Source: Octopus bimaculoides
Taxonomy: Eukaryota
Assembly: GCF_001194135.2 (NCBI RefSeq)
Contig: NC_068983.1
Location: 27,493,433 to 27,557,432, forward strand
DNA: 64,000 nucleotides
Direction of reading: 5' to 3'
The position numbers and the translations under genes were made by a program. The notes beneath the pieces were generated by a model. That model did not search any database, had not been told where the DNA came from, and was given only the letters and a program-made list of their open reading frames with translations. Shown in pieces: positions 53,436 to 64,000 of this stretch; position 1 is the stretch's first letter, and each line of letters opens with the position of its first letter.

Positions 53436-55259
53436 TGTTGTTTATCCCAGAATCTCTCTAAGCGTTGTATCTATCACTGGTTTCTGCTGCGTTTAAGCCT
53501 AGGAAAATGTAAGTATTTTGAAACCTAGCATACATAAAGAACGAAATATCAGAGGTAAGCGCAACTATTTCACATGTATGAACGGGTTGCCCAATATCAC
53601 GTCAAATTTCTATATCAAAAATGTATGACCGTCTTTCCATCTCGCCTCTTTTCACTGCTTTCTTAAATACCTCCAAGTCTTCTTGATTTAGCCCTCACGA
53701 ACTGTTTCAGTTAAATTGGATCTCGTACAAGTTGTTTCACCTCTACAACACCTTTTCACGCATTACTTTGAGCTCTACAGTGCAACTCACACACTAATCT
53801 CATACCTCGGTTTTACTACCCTCCTCTCACTCTCTCTTATTTTATTGACATTTAACCTCATTGTTTTATTTCATTTAGCTTTTCTTTTGCAGTTTTATGA
53901 CCATGACTATCATACATTGTACATTCGCTTTCTCTGAATAATAGCATGTGCCCGAAATATTATTGCTTATTTCAATGATCACAGCAAATCGATACACTAG
54001 ACACATCAGTAGAGTTTACACAACTATGTAATGCAATGTATCTTTCCAGTTCCTAATTTGTTTGTGTATTTGAATGATGTTTCCGTATAAACTCTATCTT
54101 TTTATTCTATTGTTAGCTTGAGAGAATTAATAATTTTGTCATATATATCAACAACGTGTTACATATATAAATTGTAAACTATTAAGGTGCTTCATTTCAC
54201 AAATAAGCCATTTCAGGTTAAATGGAAGTGCAATTATCGTGAAAGCAACCTGTTATAGAGAATTACTGAAAATATATGTAAATGGTTTCCAGAAGTAGTC
54301 AGCAGTCTTGCGTGCACAGAATATGATTTCAAATATATAAAAGGTCAACAAATATGAAAGGTCAGAGGGCATTTGTTTTAACTTTATTGACTTTATAGTG
54401 GCAATTTATCGAGATGTATTTACAACTATTCTCTTCTCCTGAATATCATGCTGATTGGGCGTCATATATGCTGTGGCAGTTCAGTCGAGAAGCAGCTGGA
54501 CTAAGCTAAAATATTGAGTTAAAACTTAAAGCATTTCATATTTGTAACCTTTGACATTTCATCGTTACTAATTTCGAAGCAAGTTAGCTTCGAAATAATT
54601 TAGTTAATGTCAGTATGTTCCTTTTAGTATTACCTTTTATAAGTTCACATTGATTTTCCAAAGTATTCCTATATAGAAGATACAAAGTTTTGAATCTATG
54701 CAATGGGGTTCTTAGGCTCACAACGATATCTTTTGAATCATAACAGCGTTGTTGAAGAAAATAAATTGTGTCAGCTGGGAATGAAAATATGCGCTTGGTG
54801 TTGATTAATCAGAATTAGCTCATTAATTATTCCCCTAGAAAATCAGTGATTCATTATCAAATTATTTGTCAGTGTGGATTAGGTTTTAGAAGCGAGAAAA
54901 ACAAAGCCTTGAAACCATGAATGCATTTGCCATGTGGCCATACACATTGCAAGAAATTGCAGCAAAATATCCCTGAATGGAACAACCCAACTGCTTTAAA
55001 AACATGGTAAAATACACTGAATAATGTAGCGTAAGAGAGAATGCACATGAAAGTATGATGGACTGGTCGCATCTGGGCTGTACCTGATTATAAATCTGCT
55101 TATCCAAGGGAAGATCTGTGTATAAACAACAATGAAACAACCACAAGCAATAGAAGTAATTTCGCTGTCTCTAAAAACCTTAAGTCTTGCACTAATATAT
55201 GAATAGATAAATAGAGAGACGGGCAGACATGCAGCAGGCAGACAGATAGATAAACACAC

Positions 55260-55303
<44 letters not shown>

Positions 55304-55374
55304 TAGTGATCAATTTTGCTTTCAAATTTTGCTTTCAAATTTTGGCACAAGAACGGCAATTATGGGAGTGGAAT

Positions 55375-55470
55375 TATGCTCCACTGGTACTTACTTTATC
55401 GACCCTGAAATGAGATAAAAGGCAAAGTTGACTTCGGCGGAATTTGAACTCAGAAATTAAAAAAGCAGAC
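55375..55470 (-). mobile_element. SINE family A fragment
   Basis: CTGGTACTTACTTTATCGACCC..AAAGGCAAAGTTGACTTCGGCGGAATTTGAACTCAG. Confidence 0.75.
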
Positions 55471-56243
55471 GAAATCTAGAGGTTTGACAAAATCATTAGA
55501 GCGTCAGACACAACACTGTTTAGGAGTTAATTGTGGATCTTTATGTTGTGAATTCAAACTTTACCGGGTACAACTTTGCTTTTAATCATTCCGCAAATCG
55601 ATAAAATAAATTAGTGGTTAAAGTGTTGATTTGATGGTATCGACTAATCAATTTTCCTCAAAATTACTGGTCTTCTAATTAATTTAGAGAAGTTATTATC
55701 TCACACTGCAATCCTTTCTTATTATAAGTTATTAAAAAGCAACGAAGTTCTCATGTATTTATTATAATTCAAATTTTGCAAGCAGATGAATAGTACCTGG
55801 TAATTAATTACAATTCTCGATTTGAATAACTTCACAAATTGCAATAAATTTCGTAAAAATAAAGGCCTTATTTTCTTTTTACTCAGGTGTTTCGCATATT
55901 TATTTACAAGTTAAAATGTAATTTTCGTACGTTCTGGAAATATAAGTTAAATATTAAGTTGGAGAATTCAGTTATGACATGTGCTTCAATCGTATCACAA
56001 TGAAAATAATTTCATGGAAGTAAAACATAAAATATATCTCATTATAATTGGTTTAATTTACTCAGCGAATGATTCCTATATTGATTTAAGTATTGACTTT
56101 GAAGAATGAAAACGAAGATAAAATTTATAACTTTGTTAAATATCTTAGGTTCCGATTCTGCTATGCTTCTTGTGAACATATTACATTTTTATGCGGTAAT
56201 AATGTATCACTAAACAGTTCATAAATTTCATTTTTCTATTATG

Positions 56244-57003
56244 AGGCGCAGGAGTGGCTGTGTGGAAAGTAGCTTGCTTAACAATCACATGGTTCTGGAT
56301 TCAGTCCCACTGCATGGCAACTTGAGCAAGTGTCTTCTACTATAGCATCGAGATGACCAAAGCCTTGTGAGTGGATTTGGTAGTCGGAAACTGAAAGAAG
56401 CACGTCGTATATATGTATATATATTTTTTTCTTTTTTCCTGAGCGTCCAATGACACTGTACTTATTCTAAGACATCGCGTTGTTGTTTTTTAGTGTTTTT
56501 TTCTTGTGCTTGATCATGTTTGGATTGACTATAAATATANNNNNNNNNNNNNNNNNNNNNNNNNNNNNNNNNNNNNNNNNNNNNNNNNNNNNNNNNNNNN
56601 NNNNNNNNNNNNNNNNNNNNNNNNNNNNNNNNNNNNNNNNNNNNNNNNNNNNNNNNNNNNNNNNNNNNNNNNNNNNNNNNNNNNNNNNNNNNNNNNNNNN
56701 NNNNNNNNNNNNNNNNNNNNNNNNNNNNNNNNNNNNNNNNNNNNNNNNNNNNNNNNNNNNNNNNNNNNNNATATATCGATGTATGTGTATATGTTTGTGT
56801 GTCTGTGTTTGTCCTCCCAACATCGCTTGACAACCGATGCTGGTGTATTTACGTCCCCGTAACTTAGCGGTTTGGCAAAAGAAACCGATAGAATAAGTAC
56901 TAGGCTTACAAAGAATAAGTCCTGGGTTCGATTTGCTCGACTAAAGGTGGCGCTCCAGCATGGCCGCAGTCAAATGACTGAACAAGTAAAAGAGTAAAAG
57001 AGA
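56244..57003 (+). mobile_element. SINE family B, full length, with a gap and a small insert in its central microsatellite
   Basis: Head AGGCGCAGGAGTGGCTGTGTGG. 3' end CCAGCATGGCCGCAG..AAAAGAGTAAAAGA. Confidence 0.9.
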
Positions 57004-57382
57004 ATTTTTTAAACGGTTTCAATATGGTTAATACAATTTTCAAGCATCGTTTGGGTATAAAATACGAAGTGATTGTCAATAATCAAAATATCAATACAAA
57101 TTCATTCATAAAGAGAAACCAATGAATAGTCAGACCATATCTGAAAATTGAACTGACATGATTAGCAGAATTGGAAGGATGTCACTTGAATATAATTGGT
57201 GCCTTAATTATATAAGTTACTAAGAAACGTTTAATGAGCAAATAACCTTAGACGAAACAACTCGAGATATGATATTTCTTCGATTGATTATAAACTTGCA
57301 TTCTTCTAAAATGCAAATGAAATGCAGCGTAATGTGTGTGTATGTGTGTGTATGTATATATAGACACACACACACATGTATA

Positions 57383-57509
57383 TAGGGTGTCCACAAAGAC
57401 TGGGTACATGGAGTAAATAAAATCATAACGTAAACAATTAAAGATAAGAAATAATAATTTCTTAAAGTATGTGTTAATCCCCATGCACCCAGACATTGTG
57501 GACACCCTG
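57383..57509. mobile_element. 127-bp Tc1/mariner-type MITE
   Basis: 29-bp TIRs ((C/T)AGGGTGTCCACAA..CATGG, 4 mismatches) with TA on both sides (57381-57382 and 57510-57511). Confidence 0.88.
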
Positions 57510-57533
57510 TATACAGATAGATAGATAAATAGT

Positions 57534-57586
<53 letters not shown>

Positions 57587-57596
57587 CGATAGATAA

Positions 57597-58986
57597 CTTT
57601 CTTTTATTAGCCACACAGGGCTGCACACAGAGGGGACAAATACAACTGTAGAGCTTTTCTTTAGGAAAAAAAAAAATCCGATCAAAAGGGATCGGTAGGG
57701 GCAAAAAAAAAATGGGGGTATCGTGTATCACAGAAAATGTCAATTGTGTAAAATGGGGTAACATTAGGTTTATCCATGGAGAGAAAAGCCTACGGAAAAG
57801 ACCATGGTAACCTCAGCTGGGATAGACACATGAGAGCGAAGTGCTCTCTCTCTCTATTNNNNNNNNNNNNNNNNNNNNNNNNNNNNNNNNNNNNNNNNNN
57901 NNNNNNNNNNNNNNNNNNNNNNNNNNNNNNNNNNNNNNNNNNNNNNNNNNNNNNNNNNNNNNNNNNNNNNNNNNNNNNNNNNNNNNNNNNNNNNNNNNNN
58001 NNNNNNNNNNNNNNNNNNNNNNNNNNNNNNNNNNNNNNNNNNNNNNNNNNNNNNNNNNNNNNNNNNNNNNNNNNNNNNNNNNNNNNNNNNNNNNNNNNNN
58101 NNNNNNNNNNNNNNNNNNNNNNNNNNNNNNNNNNNNNNNNNNNNNNNNNNNNNNNNNNNNNNNNNNNNNNNNNNNNNNNNNNNNNNNNNNNNNNNNNNNN
58201 NNNNNNNNNNNNNNNNNNNNNNNNNNNNNNNNNNNNNNNNNNNNNNNNNNNNNNNNNNNNNNNNNNNNNNNNNNNNNNNNNNNNNNNNNNNNNNNNNNNN
58301 NNNNNNNNNNNNNNNNNNNNNNNNNNNNNNNNNNNNNNNNNNNNNNNNNNNNNNNNNNNNNNNNNNNNNNNNNNNNNNNNNNNNNNNNNNNNNNNNNNNN
58401 NNNNNNNNNNNNNNNNNNNNNNNNNNNNNNNNNNNNNNNNNNNNNNNNNNNNNNNNNNNNNNNNNNNNNNNNNNNNNNNNNNNNNNNNNNNNNNNNNNNN
58501 NNNNNNNNNNNNNNNNNNNNNNNNNNNNNNNNNNNNNNNNNNNNNNNNNNNNNNNNNNNNNNNNNNNNNNNNNNNNNNNNNNNNNNNNNNNNNNNNNNNN
58601 NNNNNNNNNNNNNNNNNNNNNNNNNNNNNNNNNNNNNNNNNNNNNNNNNNNNNNNNNNNNNNNNNNNNNNNNNNNNNNNNNNNNNNNNNNNNNNNNNNNN
58701 NNNNNNNNNNNNNNNNNNNNNNNNNNNNNNNNNNNNNNNNNNNNNNNNNNNNNNNNNNNGCCCTCCACTAATCCTCTATAGAACGCTTTTGTGGAATCAA
58801 AGTTGCACAAGATTGGTCCCGGACGGCAGAGTTGCTTGAGAGCAATGCGACACTCGCGGTGCCATTCGCCGAGCCTAGGTCTCTGTTTAATCCACGACTG
58901 CAGTTCGGCTAAGGAGACGAGCTGCAGGAAAGCGCGCCGCACAAACGGCGACCACACCTGTTCACCGTCGTCTAGGAAGTGCCGGA
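57597..58986 (-). mobile_element. 5'-truncated L1/Tx1-type LINE (gap inside), embedded in (GATA)n
   Basis: Minus frame RHFLDDGEQVWSPFVRRAFLQLVSL..RPRLGEWHRECRIALKQL..STKAFYRGLVEG (putative post-RT ORF2). The 3' end reads CCCTGTGTGGCTAATAAAAGAAAG. GATA arrays flank both sides. Confidence 0.65.
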
Positions 58987-58987
58987 G

Positions 58988-59055
<68 letters not shown>

Positions 59056-60498
59056 CTGGTGCTATTCATCAGAAAAGTGTGTCAATGTGAAATTTTTGAT
59101 AGTATAGTAAATCGGAGATAATGTGCAGATGTACTTTGCCACTTCGAATAATCAACTGAAATGTAGTATTATGACTGAATAAACGTAACGTTTCTCAACG
59201 AGATTTAGGACACGTTTCGACCTGTGTATAGAAATGTAGATTATCTTAGTTCGATTAATAAAGCATTATCTCTGATGGAAATAAATGATTGCTCATTTCC
59301 AAATGCAATTGAAGCTTAATTTTACTGACGTTTCTAACGAAATTTAGTGAAGGAATATTGCCTGAAGTAAAATGTTAAATGGATGTCTCCAAAATTGAAA
59401 TTTCTGTTTGATCATAGTAATAAGTGGATTGATAAAATGGACGTTTTAATATAATAGCTAACATTACTGAATTAGTTTCCTGGGGAATATTTCTTAGTCT
59501 TAAAATAAACGTCAATTCGATTCTGCACATCATTATTACTGAAGCGCAAACTCTAGTGCTTAGTGAATAGTTTAAATTTTAAAATTCAAAAACATTCCAT
59601 GCAACGTAATCTGTTTTAAATGTAATAAATTAGGTAATTCCTCTAAAGTGACATCACATAAAAATACACTGGAGGAGGGGTGCGCATTCATTATATTAAA
59701 ACTCTGTGCCGCTTGTTGTCTAGTTCCAAGTCAACTCTGATCGAATAGCCATACGATCAAAGGCAGTTTAACCTTCACCGCCTTTAAGACATATCTAGGA
59801 CTCTATTATCTAAAGTATCCTTTTTATTTAACATAATAGGGGACAATTTAGAAAGATCTAGCAGCTATTTTAACGGGGGCAACCAAAATTGTATAGGTAT
59901 TTTATTGGTTCAAATGACCTCCTATAGATTTCTACGTTGAGTGGTAATAGAATTGTTTACATAAATGACATAGCTGAACATGTAGGAAAACCGGGCTAAA
60001 TTTCTTTGTTTATTGCTGCACATAAACGTTTCAAATCATCGATTGAATATACTCAATAGCATAACTGGTACGTATTAGTTAAGCCTGAATGAAAGTCATT
60101 TTAGATCCCTGTCGACATTCATACACAACCGTTACATACCAGTTACACTATTAAATGAATACACTCCATTATGACCATTATGTAATATAATTTCATTGTG
60201 TTTGTGTCATGAAGTAAAAATATTATGCTACTATTTGATATTATATGCGTGCTTGTGTTTTTGCACGCAATTTATTGTTTCTTTTGTAGATTTCCTGAAA
60301 TATAATACCAACACGAAAGCTAAGTATACTCCATTTGTATTCATACTAGTGTAAATGTTTCGTGTGCATATTACAAAGATAAATATTTCTTCTCTGTCTC
60401 TGCATAGAATAAAATTATCCATACAAAACAATAACCTTTGAATGATCTAGAACAGAATGATAACCCCTGCGCTGAATTATAAATCTGATGTCACTGAC

Positions 60499-60597
60499 CA
60501 GGTGAACGATACTGCAGCACGCCAGGTCGAACGCGCAAATGGATTCTCTTTGTATAAGAATCATGAACAACAAATAAGAAGTTACTAAGAAGCACTC
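60499..60597 (-). CDS. Candidate exon 3 (99 nt, phase 1-1), VLLSNFLFVVHDSYTKRIHLRVRPGVLQYRSP
   Basis: aaatttacag| acceptor, ctg|gtcagt donor and an open frame compatible with the exon at 60849-60998. Confidence 0.25.
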
Positions 60598-60848
60598 CTG
60601 TAAATTTTAAAGCTTCAGTAACTTCACTAATGCATACGATTTAGCACACACGATGGTGCATGATTGAGAACCTATATAATAAAGATTGGTTAATACGTAG
60701 CTGACATAAGGTATTGTGTGTAAAGAGTCAATTAATATCAGAATGATGATCAATTTCAATATTGATTTCAGATATTTGTGTGTTTAAATTGTATTTGGTA
60801 TATCTGATTTTCTACGCACTGGAATAATTTTTAGTTTAATGGTCTTAC

Positions 60849-60998
60849 TGGATGATAATATCCTATCTGGGCTTATAATTATTTCATTAAATATGGGTCT
60901 TTGGTAAGAACCAGGAAAATCTGCATTATGATGAGTATTTACTTGACAATCACCGAAAGTAGAGATTTTAATTAAACAGAGACGAAAGACAATCAATC
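60849..60998 (-). CDS. Candidate exon 2 (150 nt, phase 1-1), LIVFRLCLIKISTFGDCQVNTHHNADFPGSYQRPIFNEIIISPDRILSS
   Basis: gttattttttcag| acceptor, cca|gtaaga donor and 49 open codons. Confidence 0.35.
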
Positions 60999-61098
60999 CT
61001 GAAAAAATAACTTCAAACCTGAGCCATCTTTAGACTCTCAATGGGATTACTTTACAAGCTAGAAAGCGCAGAGAAATATCCCTCGGACAACATCTTAC

Positions 61099-61132
61099 CA
61101 TTACAAATACTCCTGACTACGTGGTTGCACAT
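61099..61132 (-). CDS. Candidate first coding exon, MCNHVVRSICN (exon 61099-61139)
   Basis: aatttttgttttcag| acceptor and atg|gtaaga donor. In-frame ATG. A 100-nt intron leads to the next exon in matching phase. Confidence 0.35.
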
Positions 61133-62293
61133 AATGCTGCTGAAAACAAAAATTGATGGACACGACTGGAAAGACATTGATCATGGTTGTACTCAGCGCT
61201 GAATTTAATATGATGCACTGTAATATATTGTGTAAAAGAACGCTACCTTAAAAACAATCAGGTGCGTGTACGAAAGATCAGATTAATTTTCTTCACTCAG
61301 CTATAGCATTTACTAATTAGATAATCCAGTTATAGTAACAAGATAGGAAAAACGGTGGTTCACTATAAAATTAGTTACCGCACTCTCGTCTTCGTCTAAC
61401 TAAATACGTATTGATACAAGTATTAATGCATTGTTATTCGTATGCGTCTCGGCGTATGTGTATATAGATAAATAAAAGTATCTGCGTGTGTGTGTGCGTC
61501 AATTATATTTGTTTATATGTGTTCATATGTATGCGTCATTGTGCATGTCAGCATGTGTAAGAAAATACATCCATTATAGTGATTATATATTCATGAATAC
61601 TGAGATATTTGAATTGAAATTGATTGCGACTTTATTTCATGCATTTTCCAAAACTTTCTTGAATCTGAAAAGTGCCAAAGGAAAATTTTTCATTCTTTAA
61701 ATAGATGAATGATCACGTCAAAGAAAGGTCTATATTGGCATTGCGTTATTATGCTCAACAAATTTCATCTGAGGCTACTCAACGTCTGTAAGTCGACCAT
61801 TTTGTATGTTGTGTATTAAGTTACAGACATAATTAATATATTGATTGGCAGCTGTATTTTTAACTTTCTGTATAACTGAGGATACTATTAAGACTTATGC
61901 TAATAAAGGGGAATATCTCTGGGACCTAAATATGTAAAAACCCTAAATTTCTGTCATGTTCCAAGTTGGGAATCATAACTATTCTTCGCGCGTTTGGTAT
62001 CTCTTGCGATGAATAAATTAAAGAATGCTCCTATATTAAGCGGTTACATTTATATTTACTCTATTTCGTTTACTGTTACTACAACTTAGAGTCGATGAGT
62101 TCAATTCAACTACAGTTTTTGTAGATAAAAAGCATTATTTTACTTTGCGACAGCGCACAGAGCTTACTAAAATAGGTAACGCTTCTACTTAATCAGTATC
62201 CTGTCCACATATAGTTTCATCAAACGACACCACGAATTTGGGCCCCAGACATCAAGGCTCCCTTTATGGAGTCACTGAAAACGCTTAAATGCA

Positions 62294-62458
62294 TGTTATG
62301 TCTCAAGCTACTGCTATCCAGCACCTTTGGATGATCTCTACTCAACCGCTACACAACTGCTACTCGACTGCTACTCAACACTCCTACCACTGCCAGACTA
62401 CCTCTATTTATATGTCTTGGAAGATCTTACTTCTTCGCCTGGGGGCGTCGACACAATA
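62294..62458. mobile_element. Solo-LTR-like / short-TIR element, copy 2 (inverted)
   Basis: Reverse-complement homolog of 26598-26751 with a small internal duplication. Confidence 0.65.
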
Positions 62459-63969
62459 TAGCAGTCAAATATTCATCGTACATCATCCTGCTCTGTTACC
62501 AAAAATGTACATTGGATAGAGTTGTGTAACTTACTGCAAGTACATTTCCGGTCAATATGTTTGCTCAATCAAAGTTGAATTCGCGATCCACAGCCTACCA
62601 CTAACAACAATAACTGGAGCTTAGAAAATATACAGAAAAGTCATCTCACAAAATATTTACTCAGTACATCCTACATGATATAGTGCTGTTTGCACATAAA
62701 GTGTAGCTTTTCAATAATAACGAAAAAAATTCTGCATAGGCCTTAAACGCCACCAATTTGAAACTAATGACCTGGCTTTGTGGGAGAACACGCCACTCGA
62801 TTTATCAATACCTTTGGATATGTCTGTTAAAAACATTCTCTTTGGAGCTTAAATATTGATTTTCAAACGTTCTCTTTGTCCATGACTTGCAATGAACTTC
62901 CTTGCTTGAATGAAGCCTGCAAATGTCAAAGGGACTATGCTAGCTCTCCGATTAAATTAACGAAATGGCAAATTGACTCTTCCTATACCATTACTAATTC
63001 AATGGTGTGGTTGATTAAAATCAACTGTTTTGCTCTTATGTCTCGGAAGAAAGTGATCGAAATTACATGGCTTTGAAATGTCATAATTTATAGTGTTCAA
63101 GTATTGTAGGTGAAGTGAAGTACAATTTGTTATTACCACACTAGCGACGTACAAAATTTATCCAATTAGCTAAATAACGAGTATATTTAAGCGTGTAAAA
63201 TATTTGTTTTGTTTTAATAGTGAACATGGAGACATATATTCAGAAGAATATCAGATTTATCAATGCTACAGAAATCTGATGCAAAAAAGACAAAAACAAA
63301 CGACCACAATGCAAATTGACCCAGCCATTGTTCAGTTGTACATGCACATCATACTCCAAAGTACTTTTGAATACCGCATGACCACACACGCGCACATAGC
63401 TACGTATATATTGTTGTGTGTGTGTGCACAAATATATATAAATGGAAAAACACAGATATAGATACATACACACACACACACATACATATATATATATGTA
63501 TGTGTGTGTGTGTGTGAATGTATGTAAATGTGCGTGTGCGCGTGTGTGCGTGTGTGTGTTTGCGCTTGTATGCGCGTAATGATTTCTTACATATAAACGA
63601 GTCACCAAATTCCTTGGAACGATGGCTACCAATCATAACAGTACTAATATTCTTTATTTTATTGGGACTAGATGGCTGAAATGAAATGTTGAAATTTTAA
63701 TTCAGGCAAAAGGGCTGTCACTAAATAACGGAGGACATTTTCTTTTAACGCTCTGGTGATTTTCACACCTAACACTGATAATTAGATGCGTAATGGTGAT
63801 CGACGATCGAGAGACAGGAACTCCGAGTAACGTCACAAGCAATCACATCCATCACATATATAAATTAGCTATACCTAAAAGTATTGAGAGCATCTTTTTG
63901 ACTGAATGCGTCCCATAGCAGACAAATAACACTGGTGACTCTGTGTGTGTGTGGTGTGTTGTATGTATG

Positions 63970-64000
<31 letters not shown>

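Noticed and set aside
54925-55015. LPCGHTHCKK resembling a RING motif
   Set aside because: The remaining cysteines are absent and the frame is bounded by stops.
60920-60960. DC..NADFPGS faintly recalling a PAN/apple domain start
   Set aside because: The downstream cysteines of that domain are missing.
62560-62900. Minus-strand DISKGIDK, possibly a decayed CR1/Jockey RT motif (DISKAFD)
   Set aside because: Too degenerate to support without a profile search.

Overview
AT-rich eukaryotic DNA from a gap-rich draft assembly, with about 15 N-runs that almost all abut (TA)n or (CA)n tracts. The repeat landscape is characteristic of an octopus genome; this is inferred from repeat content and not verified. 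No complete gene, rRNA, true tRNA or CRISPR array is present, and most listed ORFs are microsatellite or N-run artefacts. The window holds microsatellites, several tRNA-headed SINE families, and decayed LINE fragments (CR1-type, R4/Dong-type, RTE-type, L1/Tx1-type, Penelope-like). It also holds a rearranged mariner, several MITE/foldback elements and two copies of a solo-LTR-like element. A minus-strand multi-exon gene is possible, best supported at 60.5-61.1 kb, but unproven. The most unusual signals are a tRNA-headed SINE carrying a minimal hammerhead-ribozyme motif, a Tx1-type LINE sitting inside a (GATA)n array, a SINE/LINE shared 3' tail, and an internal RT fragment captured inside a SINE. 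All alignments and translations were done by eye.
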